Shown here piece by piece: positions 1 to 12,600 of a stretch of DNA of 64,000 bases. The notes beneath the pieces were generated by a model. That model was given only the letters and a program-made list of their open reading frames with translations. It was not told the DNA's origin and searched no databases. Every line of letters starts with the position of its first letter. Within the stretch, counting starts at the first letter, position 1. A program made the translations under genes and the position numbers. This DNA is from Magallana gigas (lineage: Eukaryota), in NCBI RefSeq assembly GCF_963853765.1, contig NC_088854.1, forward strand, positions 10,354,001-10,418,000. Reading direction: 5' to 3'.

Positions 1-2764
1 AACAACTTGTTTGAGAAAAAAAATAATTGAAGTGGGCCAAAATTTGTTCTAACCAACACCAAAGGTCATAAAATGTTTTGCTTTGTTCAAATTCTGATAA
101 TGACAATTCCCCATAGAAGAAAAATTCTTTCCTAACAAGCAATACATGCATGGAACTCTACTCTAATCAGGAGGTGATGATTAATGACCATCGCTAAGTC
201 AAGTTATCAGAGGATGCAATGTTGCAGTCATTCACAAATGCCATTAATTAAATTAGACCGTTTGAAATGTAAAATGACAGAATAGGTAATGAATCTGACC
301 CCAATATAGCAGATTAGCAACAGAAAAGATTGATATCGAATTTCTGCTCGGGAGGGAAATTTGGGCTTGCTCGGTGTTGACAGGTAATGTAAACAAACTG
401 CAAATTTTAAAGTGCATTAAACAGTTATAACAATTTAATGCTATGTACCAGTTTACAAATGTTTACCAATCGGGTAAATGATGTTGTACTTGGGAGATTG
501 GGGGGGGGGGATTCTAAGTTTTAAAGTTAATCGCTTTGGTATTGGCATAATTTACTCCTTAACAACAGTAAGAGCAATGCTGTACATACGTGTCATAGGT
601 ATTTTCTGTGTGTTTAGACATGGATTATATTAATCAAACTTGAAAAATTGGTCACTTGTCATATATATTTTTTCATATGATAATTCTTCAAACATTAAAT
701 AGGTTGAATTTTTAATTTATGAAAGAAATCAATAAATGAGAAAAAAGATATTTTGTAATTTGAGGTCAACATTTTTTGAAGGCCAGGTAAATATTTGGGG
801 CCAGGCCAACTTTAAGGCCAGACCAATGGTTTTAGAGTATGCCATAATAAAACATGAAAATACTATATAGGTACAGTAGAATAATAACACAGTCTGTATA
901 ATGTATTCATTGCTTCAAGTGCCAATACGCCACACACGTTCTGGTTCTCTTAAAAATCGAATGGACAAAATCTTTTTGGTAGCCCCACTCCCTTAATATT
1001 CCTTGTTGTCAAAATATATTGCTTGTTTTTTGAGAACAAGTATTAAATGATTGATATTTACATTTCTATTAAAATTGAGATCATTTTAATTTGAATTACA
1101 CAATATTCAGTTCCTACGTATGATTTTTAAATTTACATTTTCTTTATTTTTGGTTTCTTAAAAATTGACTTTTAGGAAAGTTCTGTTAAGTCAAACTAAA
1201 TTGTGAAGTTCAATTGAACAACATTTGGAAAGACGACGAGGCGAACTAAGCATTCTGAAGAAAACGTTTATCAAATATACCTATTTTGTATTGCTAGGTA
1301 TTCATTTACATTAAACAACATTAGTCGTAATATAATCAAACATTTTGATTTGCTCATGTTTGGTTTACGTAAGGATTAAACCCCGTTTTTCGTAAATATC
1401 GAACACCTTGAGAGGAAATGCCGAGCAAAAAACAGCAAGCAATTCAACAAACTTGAACGTGGTTCTTTATTTTCATTAACTTGAATGAAAATTATGCTAC
1501 TGACAAATTATATTTTTAAAGGATCTAAAGTAGAGGACTAATCTCTTTTCGAGCTTTCGTTTCCTTTATTTTTTACCATTATCACAAATCTAAAACGGTT
1601 GTATACGCTACGGCCGATGAAGCATTGCGTTGAGTGATGACTTTTTCTAATCGGTGTGTATTTTAAAGCGCGATTCGCAACAAAGATTCTGATTGGCGTA
1701 TTTATATAGACCCGCCCATTTATCAAATACATGTTCTCAACATGATACTAACACGTGAAGAATTTCGGAGAAAGAAAACTTATAAAGTTGTACTCGAAAG
1801 TTGAAAAATCACATACAGAGTTTTTTTTTTAACAAATGGGGCGACGTTTACGTACATGTGTAAATAAAGTTAGTGGAGAAAAAGAAAAAGTTCTCATAAA
1901 GTACGGACCAGCAGATTGTACTTCGCTCATCAAATAACGTTATTCAGTTTATTGTAACGAAATTCGTCAGAAACTGTTTCGTGAACAAATACATTTTACG
2001 TTACCGTTTATAATATACCATATGTATGAAATAATCGCTTGAGCTGAACAGACTATTCTTCCTCATAAAAAGCTTGCTGCAAAAAGTAAAATCCATGGGA
2101 AAATTAATATTCGGGTTGACACGCCTTTAAATCCATTAGACGTTCTACGGCATATATCTTCACTTATTTGCTTATAATAAATCTGTACTGAAAATCATCG
2201 ACATAAAATGAGGAAATGATTGGTTTGTTTATATACATGTAAAACTGTAAAATGGCGACTCGATCTGCACGTGAGTTTTACAATCCAAGGTCGAGAGAAA
2301 GTCAGTGGCAAGGAAAGCGTCAACATCAGTAACAAATATTGTCTGATGAATATTGAGGTACATGTAATAAAAAGAATGTCTTACAGACTGTCTGAGTTAC
2401 AAAATCAGGTTAACCACAGATCAGTCCAATATTGAACACGTTTGTGCGTAAATTTCAAGTTTTTTGTATGTTTGTAAACGCATGCACAATTGTAGAAGAA
2501 AGTGAGTCATTAATCGGTTGAAGTTCAATAACATGCAATTCATCTAATATTTATTGTCAGTATCTCCCACAACCTTGACGGTCACCTGAGTACTATGGCC
2601 CGCAGATGGACGGAAGTTCTAACTTCATATTATAGTCTCAACCCTAATCTAAGACTCCTCTGACTGTTACCCCCGATTTAAGTATTTAAACCCCTAGGCT
2701 ATTGGCAGTAAAATGAAAGTACGGAAGACATTTTTGTATTAAGATTTTATACAGTTTTATGAAG

Positions 2765-3200
2765 TGGCCATATTGGTCCTGCCCGAGAGCCTGAACCTCT
2801 GGCCCAGGGGCCATGAATTTAACAATTTACGTAGAGGGTTTCAAGAACATCAAGAAAATCAAACATCCATTTTTTCTCAAAAAGATATTGGAGTAGAGAA
2901 GAAGCTCTTCTAAGATTATTTAATTAATCACGCTCTAGGATCTCAACCTCTGACCCAGGGTCATGAATGTTCGGTAGCGGGCTTTATGGACATCATCAAT
3001 TAAGTTTATTTCTTTCCGCACATGTTTACGAGTAGAGAGGGGATTTTTGAAAATTTAAATTTCTTGCATAGATGGCCTAAGCAGGATATGTTCATAAATT
3101 TGACAAATCAGATTCCTTTTATCCTAGAGATGCTTCCATTCAATTATGGCATTGATGGACTCTGTAGTTTTCAAGATAAAGTTAAAATATAAAATTAAAG
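2765..3200. repeat. Degenerate satellite-like monomers (~150-170 bp), resembling the oyster Cg170-type repeat
   Basis: aacctctg(g/a)cccaggg(g/t)catgaa and gagtagagaag recur (2794, 2945); family resemblance is from memory only. Confidence 0.45.
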
Positions 3201-3262
3201 AGATCTCGATGAGCATGGCCATGTATAGACTGCATAAACTCCTTTATAAGAAGAGCTCTATT

Positions 3263-3970
3263 AAACAAGCATTCTGAGAGTATTGGATAAGCAATACGTC
3301 CCCTAATGGTTTGTATTATTCTATGAAATCTTCAAAGCATACATCTATTTCAAAACTATTATAAACGAGATATAATGCTTTAATCAGAGAAAAAGAACAG
3401 TGGAAATTCAAACTACATACTTGATATAGAAATAAAATTTTTAAAAAATGGGTAAAATAATACTCTTTATTTTATCTCCTGTTATTTCGCCAAGTCCATT
3501 AAGTATTTGCTGGTAGAAATTTGTGAAAACAATGCACTGTTATGCAGAATATCATTTCTTACCGTCTTCTGTACCTAGAATCAATAGACCAACCCGATAA
3601 CGAACCCGATTGTTATAATACAAAAAACCCTGTCGATTTTTACAACACAATGCATGACACTATTTTACTTATTTGTTTGTTAGAAACAATAAAAGGAATG
3701 GTACAAGTAATGCACGATATTATTACTGACTACATAATTTCCTCGTTTCTTCAATACACACCGAACCCGATAACGAACCCGAACATTAAAAATTGGAATA
3801 TAAATAATCAATTTTTGGAAAATATGTCAACAAGACGCTAAAATGTGTAAATTTGATTTGTAGTTTGACATTTTGAAGCTGTTCAGCAAATTTCATATTA
3901 TTCCTTTAATGCATAAAGAAAAAAGTGGGACAGACAGACGTGAAACCAGGTGAAACCGGTAGGGGACTAA
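3263..3970 (-). mobile_element. HINE-type Helentron element with ~170-bp internal repeat
   Basis: subTIRs gtcccct/aggggac, hairpin gtattg-gataag-caatac, gacagacagac tract, repeated ccgataacgaacccga (~3594 and ~3766). Confidence 0.6.
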
Positions 3971-4951
3971 AAATACAGAAAAATAATCAAATTTAAAAGG
4001 TAAAATATTTAGGTTTTTTTTCTTTATCAAATAATAGTTTAAAGTTAAACAAATCATGTCTTAAAATTTTATGAAGATCTGGTAGATAATTTGTTGACCA
4101 CGCAGCCCCCTTAAAGAAACACAATTTTTAGCCGGGCTCTGCTGAAAGCAGCGTCCTGGCTATAGGCAGGCCAATCGCCAATGTTACTATAAATAGCTCA
4201 AATAAACAAAAAAACCAAACAGCGTCAAGGTAAAGCTTCCGCTATACCAAATAGTTACACAAAGAGCCACGTTTTGTCAAAAGTGTTGGCATTTTGTTTC
4301 TTTTTTTAAATTTCGAATGAATTGTCTATCTTTTTTAAATGAATCTGAATCCTTTTAGCGATGGGGTCGTTAATGTGTAAGGAAGCCGGGGTGCCCAGAG
4401 AAAACCTATGTGTCCAAGCTAGTGACCATAATACCCGTTCACACACAACCTTACTTATACTTACTTTTACGCATGTTCAGACTTATTTCCTGATTGTATG
4501 TTCATTATGTGTACTAGGAAATCGCACTTTCGTGGATCATTTTTGTGTATTTTTTATCCGACGTAGAATATGAGGTCAATTAAAAATACGTAGGCAGTGT
4601 CGCCGTCTGTATTTTTATGAAAATACTAACTACCACATCAATTTATCCACCAACTTATCTTGTGTTGTTGTGTGTCAAGTTTTATTACAGGTATTGTTAA
4701 TATCTAAACCTAAGTTTAAAAGCAGACGGTAACGTCTACACATAACGTCATGACGAAGCTTGTACAGTTTATTAATATACCCCAACTTTATTCCATACTT
4801 AATATCTTGTGCCATTTTTCTGCATTTTAAAACGGATTGTGTCTTAAATTGATCAGGATTAAGAGGTCTCGTATATGTTTTCAATCTTTTGTTACTGTTC
4901 ATTTCCCAGTAAGAAAAACATTGAACGTCAAAAACATTACTAATTTTTTAA

Positions 4952-5909
4952 GGGGTATGGTCACGATTTTGGTCAAACGATCATTTTCCCAACTCTAATG
5001 TTTACAATGCTTCAGTAAGACATTTTTTCTAAGCAACCAAAATCTGAGTGTCATTTTGGGAGTTATAATCGATTTATTAAGCTATGTGAACAAAGCTTTT
5101 GTTTACATTTTAAACATGGAAGTGAAAATTCGAGTTTAAGACCTAAAGGGGCATGGTCACGATTTTTGTCAAATTTTATTTTACTGTTTTTATTATTTAC
5201 AATGCTTAAGGAATGCATTTCTAATGATCAAATGAAATTTAAGAGTCAGTCGTAGAGTTATAAGCAAGATACAGGACTCACAATTCTATGTCATGTAAAC
5301 AAGGCTCGTGCCCCGTTTTGTTTACATAGGTTAAATATACCGGTAAAAACCTTTTTCAAGCTTATTTGTCTATCTTCTTAGTAATTTTAAGCATAAATAA
5401 ACAGTTTTCAACGTTTAACACATTTATTTTAGGTCTAAAACTGAAATTTTCACTTCAACATTCAAAAAGTAAACAAATGCTTTGTTTACATAGCTAAGAA
5501 TTGCAAGCTCTGTAACTCGCTTATAACTCAACGAATCACGCTTTAATTTTCGTTTCCTATTAAAAATGCCTTACGAAAGCATTGTAAACATTAAAATCGT
5601 AAAAATAATGTTTGACCAAAATCGTGACCATGCCCCTTAAGTGTTAAGAACTGTTTATATATGCTTAAAATAAATAAGAAAATAGACAAGTCAGCTTGAA
5701 GAAGATTTTTTACCGATATATTGAACCTGTGTTAACTAAAATACGGCACGAGTCTTGTTTACATGGCAAAGAATTGTGAGCCTTGTATCTTGCTTATAAC
5801 TCTACGACTTATTCTCAAATTTAAATTGATCATTAGAAATGCCTTTTTAGAGCGTTGTAAATGATAAAAACAGAAAATTAGAATTTGGCCAAAATCGTGA
5901 CAATGCTCC
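4952..5909. mobile_element. Two nested copies of a TTAA-target (Kolobok-type) MITE, inner copy 5148-5636 in opposite orientation
   Basis: TIR GGGG(C/T)ATGGTCACGATTTT(G/T)GTCAAA four times (4952, 5148 forward; 5636, ~5909 reverse); TTAA at 4948-4951 and 5637-5640. Confidence 0.8.
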
Positions 5910-6036
5910 TAACTATATCATTTTTCTTTCGGGCTTTTGGTGTTCAAAACTTCTACTATTCCAAAATAGTAAACATCAAAACACAAAAAGAACATTTCAC
6001 ATATCATTTCAAATATTTAGGTCTACCAATTTTATT

Positions 6037-6191
6037 TAAGCTTTAAGTGCTTATTTTTGGATGTAGTCGGTCCTTTAACACACCAATGTTGTGTAGACAA
6101 ATTGGATGCGTGTTAACGCGGTACAAATAATTTGTTTGCCTTGGTGTGCTATTACAACCGACGAAATCCAAAAATAAGCATTAAATGCTTA
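6037..6191. mobile_element. ~155-bp MITE
   Basis: Imperfect ~35-bp TIR taagctttaagtgcttatttttggat...gtcggt / accgac...atccaaaaataagcattaaatgctta. Confidence 0.7.
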
Positions 6192-6590
6192 TATTTATAT
6201 TCATATTGATGTTTATTTGAATGAAGTATTTGTGTATTGTCGCTTTTAAGCCAATATATACACTTTTACTTTAAGATGTGAAACATACAAACATTAAATA
6301 CGCTCTTAGTCAGGGATATGGAACATACATGGACAGTCTTACTAACATGTTATTTAGTTCAAATTTGCGACTAATAATGAAGCGCCAGAAACTTTGTAGA
6401 GATAAAACATTTTTAACGATGATATATGATTAAACGATTTATTATTATTTTTCTTAAGTACATATCAAATTGGTTATGTAAGTTTCAACTTTTCATTTAA
6501 CCTTACAATAATCAATATATTCAAACCGCGTGATGCTGTTTATATTTTTGCTCTTGCGCACAAGTGTTTTCAGAGTAAATTGAACGTTGC

Positions 6591-6744
6591 AAACAATAAA
6601 ATGCTTTCATTGGTGATTCATGCTAGATATGAAGGTGGCGACATTGCAGAAAAATTACATGACCCGCTAACTGTAATTTTTTTTCTTTAAAGATCGCTGC
6701 CCTCATAACCCGCATGGATCATCAAAGAAAGCATTTTATTGTTT
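6591..6744. mobile_element. ~154-bp MITE
   Basis: TIR aaacaataaaatgctttc...gattcatgc / gcatggatc...gaaagcattttattgttt. Confidence 0.7.
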
Positions 6745-6923
6745 ATGTTTACATCTTTCTTTTAACAATTTAATAAACTGATTGTAAAAAGTAAGTAAAA
6801 TTCACTAAATTACTAATTTTTTAAAAAATTTTTTTTTTGATGGCAAAAAGTTTTATGATATTAATTTCATTTGCACATACAATATATCATACAATATATA
6901 TATACATGTAAGTATATTTAGCA

Positions 6924-8707
6924 TAAAAAGCTGTACGTACAGATAGAAGAGCATACATAGATGCCTTAGCAACAAAAGCAGAAGAGGCAGCCAACAAAGG
7001 GGAACAAGGAAATCTATACAAAATAACAAAAGTAATATGTGGGAAAAACAGACCATCACCAAACCTTCCCATCAAAGACAAACAAGGAAAGCTGATAACA
7101 TCAGAGAATGAAATGGTGGAACAGTGGACAGAACATTTTAAGGAGATCTTAAACAGACCACCTCCGATCCATGAACCTGAAATCAGTGAACCCGAATCAG
7201 AGTTGAATATCAACACCAATCCACCAGACGTTCCAGAAATTACATCGGCCATACAGTGTTTTAAAAATGGGAAATCTCCTGGGAGTGCCAATTTAAATGC
7301 TGAGCTATTCAAAACGGACCCACTCCTTACAGCTACCATCCTCCAACCAACCTGCAAAGAAATCTGGGAAAGTAAGACCATACCAGATCAATGGAATCAC
7401 GGAGTCATCATTAAAATACCAAAAAAAGGAAATTTAAATGACTGTAATAACTGGCGTGGAATAACACTTTTCTCCATTCCAAGTAAAATCATGGCTAAAA
7501 TTATCATCAGAAGAATATCCAAAGCCGTAGATGTCAAACTACGGAAGGAACAAGCAGGGTTCAGACCAGGACGAGGATGTATCGACCAAATATTCACACT
7601 GAGAAACATCATTGAACAGTGTACGGAATGGCCTTCGACAGCATTCATAGAAACAGTCTCTGGAGAATTGTGCGTTCGTACGGCATCCCCCAACATCTTA
7701 TAGACATCATCAAGAGTTTCTACGTCAACTTCAGATGCAAAGTTGGAAACTCAAGCATCGAGTTTGATGTCAAAACTGGAGTTCGCCAAGGTTGTGTAAT
7801 GTCATCAACGCTCTTCATCATAGCCACCGACTGGGTCATGAGGAACACAACATCAGACATCCCAAGAGGCATTAGATGGGGAACGTTCACAACACTTGAA
7901 GACTTGGACTTTGCCGATGATATTGTCCTGTTTTCCCACTCCCATCAGCACATCCAAGACAAAACACATAGGCTCCACGAGTATGCTGGATACATTGGAC
8001 TGAAGATCAATGCCAAGAAAACTGAAGTCATGACCCTAAATGTGAATAACCCACAAGGAATTAAAATGGACAATTACATCCTTCCATATACAAACAACTT
8101 TACTTATTTAGGGAGTATTGTCACAACAGATGGTGGAGCAGACAGGGACATTCAGCAGAGACTAGCCAAGGCCAGAGCAGCATTTAAGAACTTGCAAGCT
8201 GTGTGGAAATCCAGCCAGTATACCAACAGGACAAAGCTCAAACTGTACAAAAGCTGCATCATACCAATTCTTTTGTACGGTTCAGAGTGCTGGAGAATGA
8301 CAGAGAACGACCTTAACAAACTGTCAACTTTCCACACCAAGTCACTGAGAAGAATCCTAAAAGTAGTTTAGCCAAATACCATCTCAAATCAGGACCTTCT
8401 CAGCAGATGCGATCAGGAGGATATGGCCACCATCATCACCAGGAGACGATGGACCTGGATTGGCCACATAATCAGAAGGGACCCTGAATCCATCATAAAG
8501 ACAGCCCTCTTCTGGACACCAGAAGGAAAAAGGAAGAGAGGGAGACCAAAAGTTACCTGCCGGCGAACAGTGGAAGCCGAGATGAAAAAGCATCAGAGAA
8601 GCTGGGGCACTCTCCAGAAGCTAGCCAGTGACAGACAGGGATGGAGAGCCCTCGATACTGCCCTATACGCCAAAGGCGTCACGGGCAGTAAGTAAGTAAG
8701 TAAGTAA
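6924..8707 (+). mobile_element. 5'-truncated RTE-clade LINE, reverse transcriptase pseudogene with (TAAG)n tail
   Basis: NWRGITL, EQAGFRPGRGC, GVRQGC, LDFADD, LLYGSECW; deletion/frameshift near 7630; TAG (likely from TGG) at 8369-8371; tail (GTAA)n from ~8688; TSD gtaagtatatttagca at 6908-6923 and 8708-8723. Confidence 0.93.
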
Positions 8708-9044
8708 GTAAGTATATTTAGCACAATTGAAAAGTCTGTTGACAGGATCAATTTTAACAAATTTAAGGGAGAGAAAATGAGGAACAGTAGGAAATGGAGA
8801 GTGGGGGGAGAGAGTGGGGGAATTATGAGGATACATGTATCATGTCAGAAATATTTTATTAATAATTAGGCGTAATCAAAATATTTACTGCCGAGTTGTT
8901 GTATTCAGACAAGGTATATATAAATCGTGCCTTATGTAAATATGTCAATGGTCGGGATCTACATGTACATGAGAAAAAGCCAGTCAGTTCATTGGTTTAA
9001 GAAATTATTATATTTGCCTTGTTTTGTTGCAGTGTATTTAAGTG

Positions 9045-9649
9045 TACTGTAAACGAGGTTATATTGCCGAGTTCAAAATTTGACGATTTTATAGTAAGAG
9101 ACAATTGGCGAGTTTTAATTTTGACGAATTTTTTAATAAGAGCAAGAGTTATCTATCTTTGATGTTTTTATAATGCCAGGGTTAGAGTTATCTTTCTTGC
9201 GAACTCTTTTACAAGCGTTGGTTTTAATAAAATTTATCTTTGATTGAAAAAAAAGTATGTACAGATTTGATGGAATAAAATTGTTCATTGTATTTTGTTT
9301 TACTATACGATACTGCCTGAGGTAATAAAGTTGGTCACACACGGCATGATAATTACGCACGCAAAGTTATTATAGAATGTTGTGACGATTGAGTGATAAT
9401 TGCATTTAAAACATGCTTGATTAGATTTTATGGGTTTTTTCAATGCTAATTACGTGTTTTTATAGCTATTTACATAAAGGAATCATTAACTTTGATCTAG
9501 TCCTAACGGGATAATGCCGATAAAAAATTCTGGTATTAATACGCTATATATATGATGTGAAGTTTGGCGAGTGGAAATTTTGACGAGAAAATAAAAATCG
9601 CCAACATAGTCAAAATTAACACATCGTCAAAATGTCCACGTTTACAGTA
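9045..9649. mobile_element. TA-target MITE (Tc1/mariner-like) inserted in Tx1 ORF2
   Basis: Termini TACTGTAAACG...CGTTTACAGTA; removing it with one TA restores the frame HITTLKYTATKQGKYNNFLNQ. Confidence 0.8.
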
Positions 9650-12600
9650 GTTATATGGGTTTTGAGATCAATCAAGTTCATGGATTGATAAGTTTCCTGT
9701 AGACATCTTTTCCTGTATCTGTAAGATTTGATTATAAGAAAAATTATACCCAAATAAATTGAATTAGGGGTTCCTAATATAAATGATTTTTCTTCTAATG
9801 TAATATGTAAACCTTTTCTGTCACATATTGATATAAAGTGGCTTAAAAGATTTTGGACATGTAAACAGTCCCAAAACAGATGCATGATAGTTTCTTCGTT
9901 ACTTTGACATAAAGAACACAACTTTGTGTCAGTTTTACCTATTTTAAATAAAAATGAGTTTGTTGTCAAAATATACTGATTTATTCTAAATTGCAACCAT
10001 TGCAATTTAGAATCTTTGGTGTATAAAAAAGGAAATGTGAAGATATTTTCCCACTGAAGGTCTGAAATTTCAAAAAACTTTCCCCATTTTACTTTACCAA
10101 GAGGAGTAATTTTTTCTGTAGTCAGAATATTGTAGATATGTTTTTTGTTGTTACAAAATGTTTTAATATTATGAGGAAGAAATGGTCTAGGGCTATTTGT
10201 TCCAATTTGAATTTTTGAGCTTGAGAGACTTGCTTTAATTGAATTTCTAAGAATAATTCATATAATTTGTTTTTATCTTAATTTTTTTTCGTAAATCTTC
10301 TGAAGAATAAAAATTTCCATTTTCATCAAGCAAATCTGCTATGTATACTATGTTCTTATCAAACCAGTTTGTATAGAAAACTGTTTTATTTTCAATTTTG
10401 ATTTTCGGGTTGTTCCAAATAGGCTGAGTAATAAATTCATCCCATGATTGAACTTATAAATTTTCTTGAATTATTTGAAAGACAGTAAATGTATCTTTCC
10501 AGAAAGGATTTTTTATTTCCTTTTTAACAACATTAATATAGTCTGGTCCAGTTTTTAATATTTTTTCTATAGATACAGTTTTGCCAAGCAGCACTTTCCA
10601 TTTTGTTTCTTGGGAATAAAGAATTCTTTTTATCCATGATGATTTTAATCCCAGATTGTAATTATAAATATCAAGCATTTTTAAACCTTCATTAATATAG
10701 TCTTGCACTACTTGCTTTCTTTTAAGTTTATCTACTTTGGAATGCCATAAAAAATTTAAAAGAGTTTCATTCAGATTTTTCATGAAAGTATTTGATTGGG
10801 AGGGTAGAGAAATGAAGAGGTGATTGAATTGTGCAATAAGCAATGATTTTATCAGAGTTAATCTGCCAAGTGGAGTAAGTCGTCGTTTACTCCATTGATT
10901 AATGATATGCTTGATTTTTACTTATTTCTTGTCATAATTAAGTTTTGGTATATTTGTTAAGTCCACATCAAAATATATACCTAAAAGTTTAATGGTGCTT
11001 GTCCATTGAAAGTTCATTTCCTCACATATTATATTATAAGAGTATTTTTTATTACCAATCCAGACAAGTTGAGTTTTTGATATATTTATTTTGAGACCAG
11101 AAATTTGATAAAAGTTATTTAACTCTCTAATTGCTTCTCTGAGAGACCTCTCACTGCCATCTAATATAATAAGGGTATCGTCTGCATATTGTGATAACAA
11201 AAATTCTGAATTATCTATGTTAATACCATTTATACTTTTACTATTTTTTAATTTAATAGCTAGTACTTCAGCACATAGTAAAAAGGTATATGATGAAATT
11301 AGGTCACCCTGAAGACAACCACGCTCTAATTTAAAAAAGTTGGATAAGTGACCTGCTTGTGATTCAGAGGAGGAGGTGTTTTGTTGAAAAACTGATATCC
11401 ATTTTCTGAGCGATGGACCAAATTTAAAGAATTGAAGCGTTTTATCAATAAATTTCCATGAGACAGAGTCAAATGCCTTTTCAAAATCAATCATTAACAA
11501 TAATCCAGGAATGTCATTATTCTCGGTATATTGCATTAAATCATAAACAAGACGAGTATTTTCACCTATATATCTTCCTGGAACAAAGCCATTTTAATCA
11601 GTACTGATAATTGAACTGATTATTGTTTTCATTCTTTGAGCAATGCAGCCTGACCCTATTTTATAAACTACGTTTAATAAAGAGACTGGCCTCCAATTTT
11701 TCATGTAAAATTTACTTTTTCCATCTTTTGGTATGCAGGTGATTATACCCTGCTTTTGTGTAACAGATAACTCCCCTAGATTGTATCCGTGATTTATTGA
11801 TCTAATAACAAAGTCTCCTAAGTATTTCCAAAAGACTTTAAAGAACTCTGTAGTGAAACTGTCACTTCCAGGACTCTCATTATTCGACATTTTTTTCAAT
11901 ACATGATAGTCTTCATTCTAAGTTATTTCACCTTCAAGGGTATTTCTTTGAGTATCGCTTAATTTAATTATTCAGAGTCTGATTCTAGAATCTCATTTAA
12001 ATCATAGTCTTGAAATTCACCCTTGTTTTGATATAGATTTCTATAATAATTTTCTATCTCTAACAGGATTTCCTTTTGTCCATTAATTTCTTCGGAACAA
12101 TCTTCTTTTATTAATTTTGGGACAATTTTATTTACAAAATTTCTATTCTCAAGATTAAGAAAGTAACTTATTGGTTTCTCTCCTTCACAGGTCCATTTAG
12201 CTCTTGATCTTACTAGACTTCCCATGAGTTTGTGATTTCTGATATTTTCTAATTCTTTCTTTTTAAAATTAATTGTTTGAATGTTTTCTTCATACTTTTC
12301 CTCCAGCTGTTTTATTTGGTTTATAAAAAATTTCTCCTTTTCGTTATTTTTCTTTTTGGCATAGCTAGAATATGATATACATTTGCCCCTGATTTCCATT
12401 AATAGTGTTTCAAGAAAGAGCTGGTCATTGACAGTGAATTGAATTTCATCATTTGGAATTTTGTCAATAGATGCATTGTTATATACAGGTACTGCATAAT
12501 TTTGTTTTATTTCTTGTATTTTTTTATTAACAACATATAGGAATTCCTTATCATATAAAAGTGCATTATTGAACTTCCATAAACCTTTTCCATGTGTAAA

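Noticed and set aside
6853-8593. Minus-strand ORFs over the RTE (e.g. 6887-7381, 7397-7696, 8384-8593)
   Set aside because: Antisense shadows of the RT coding frame.
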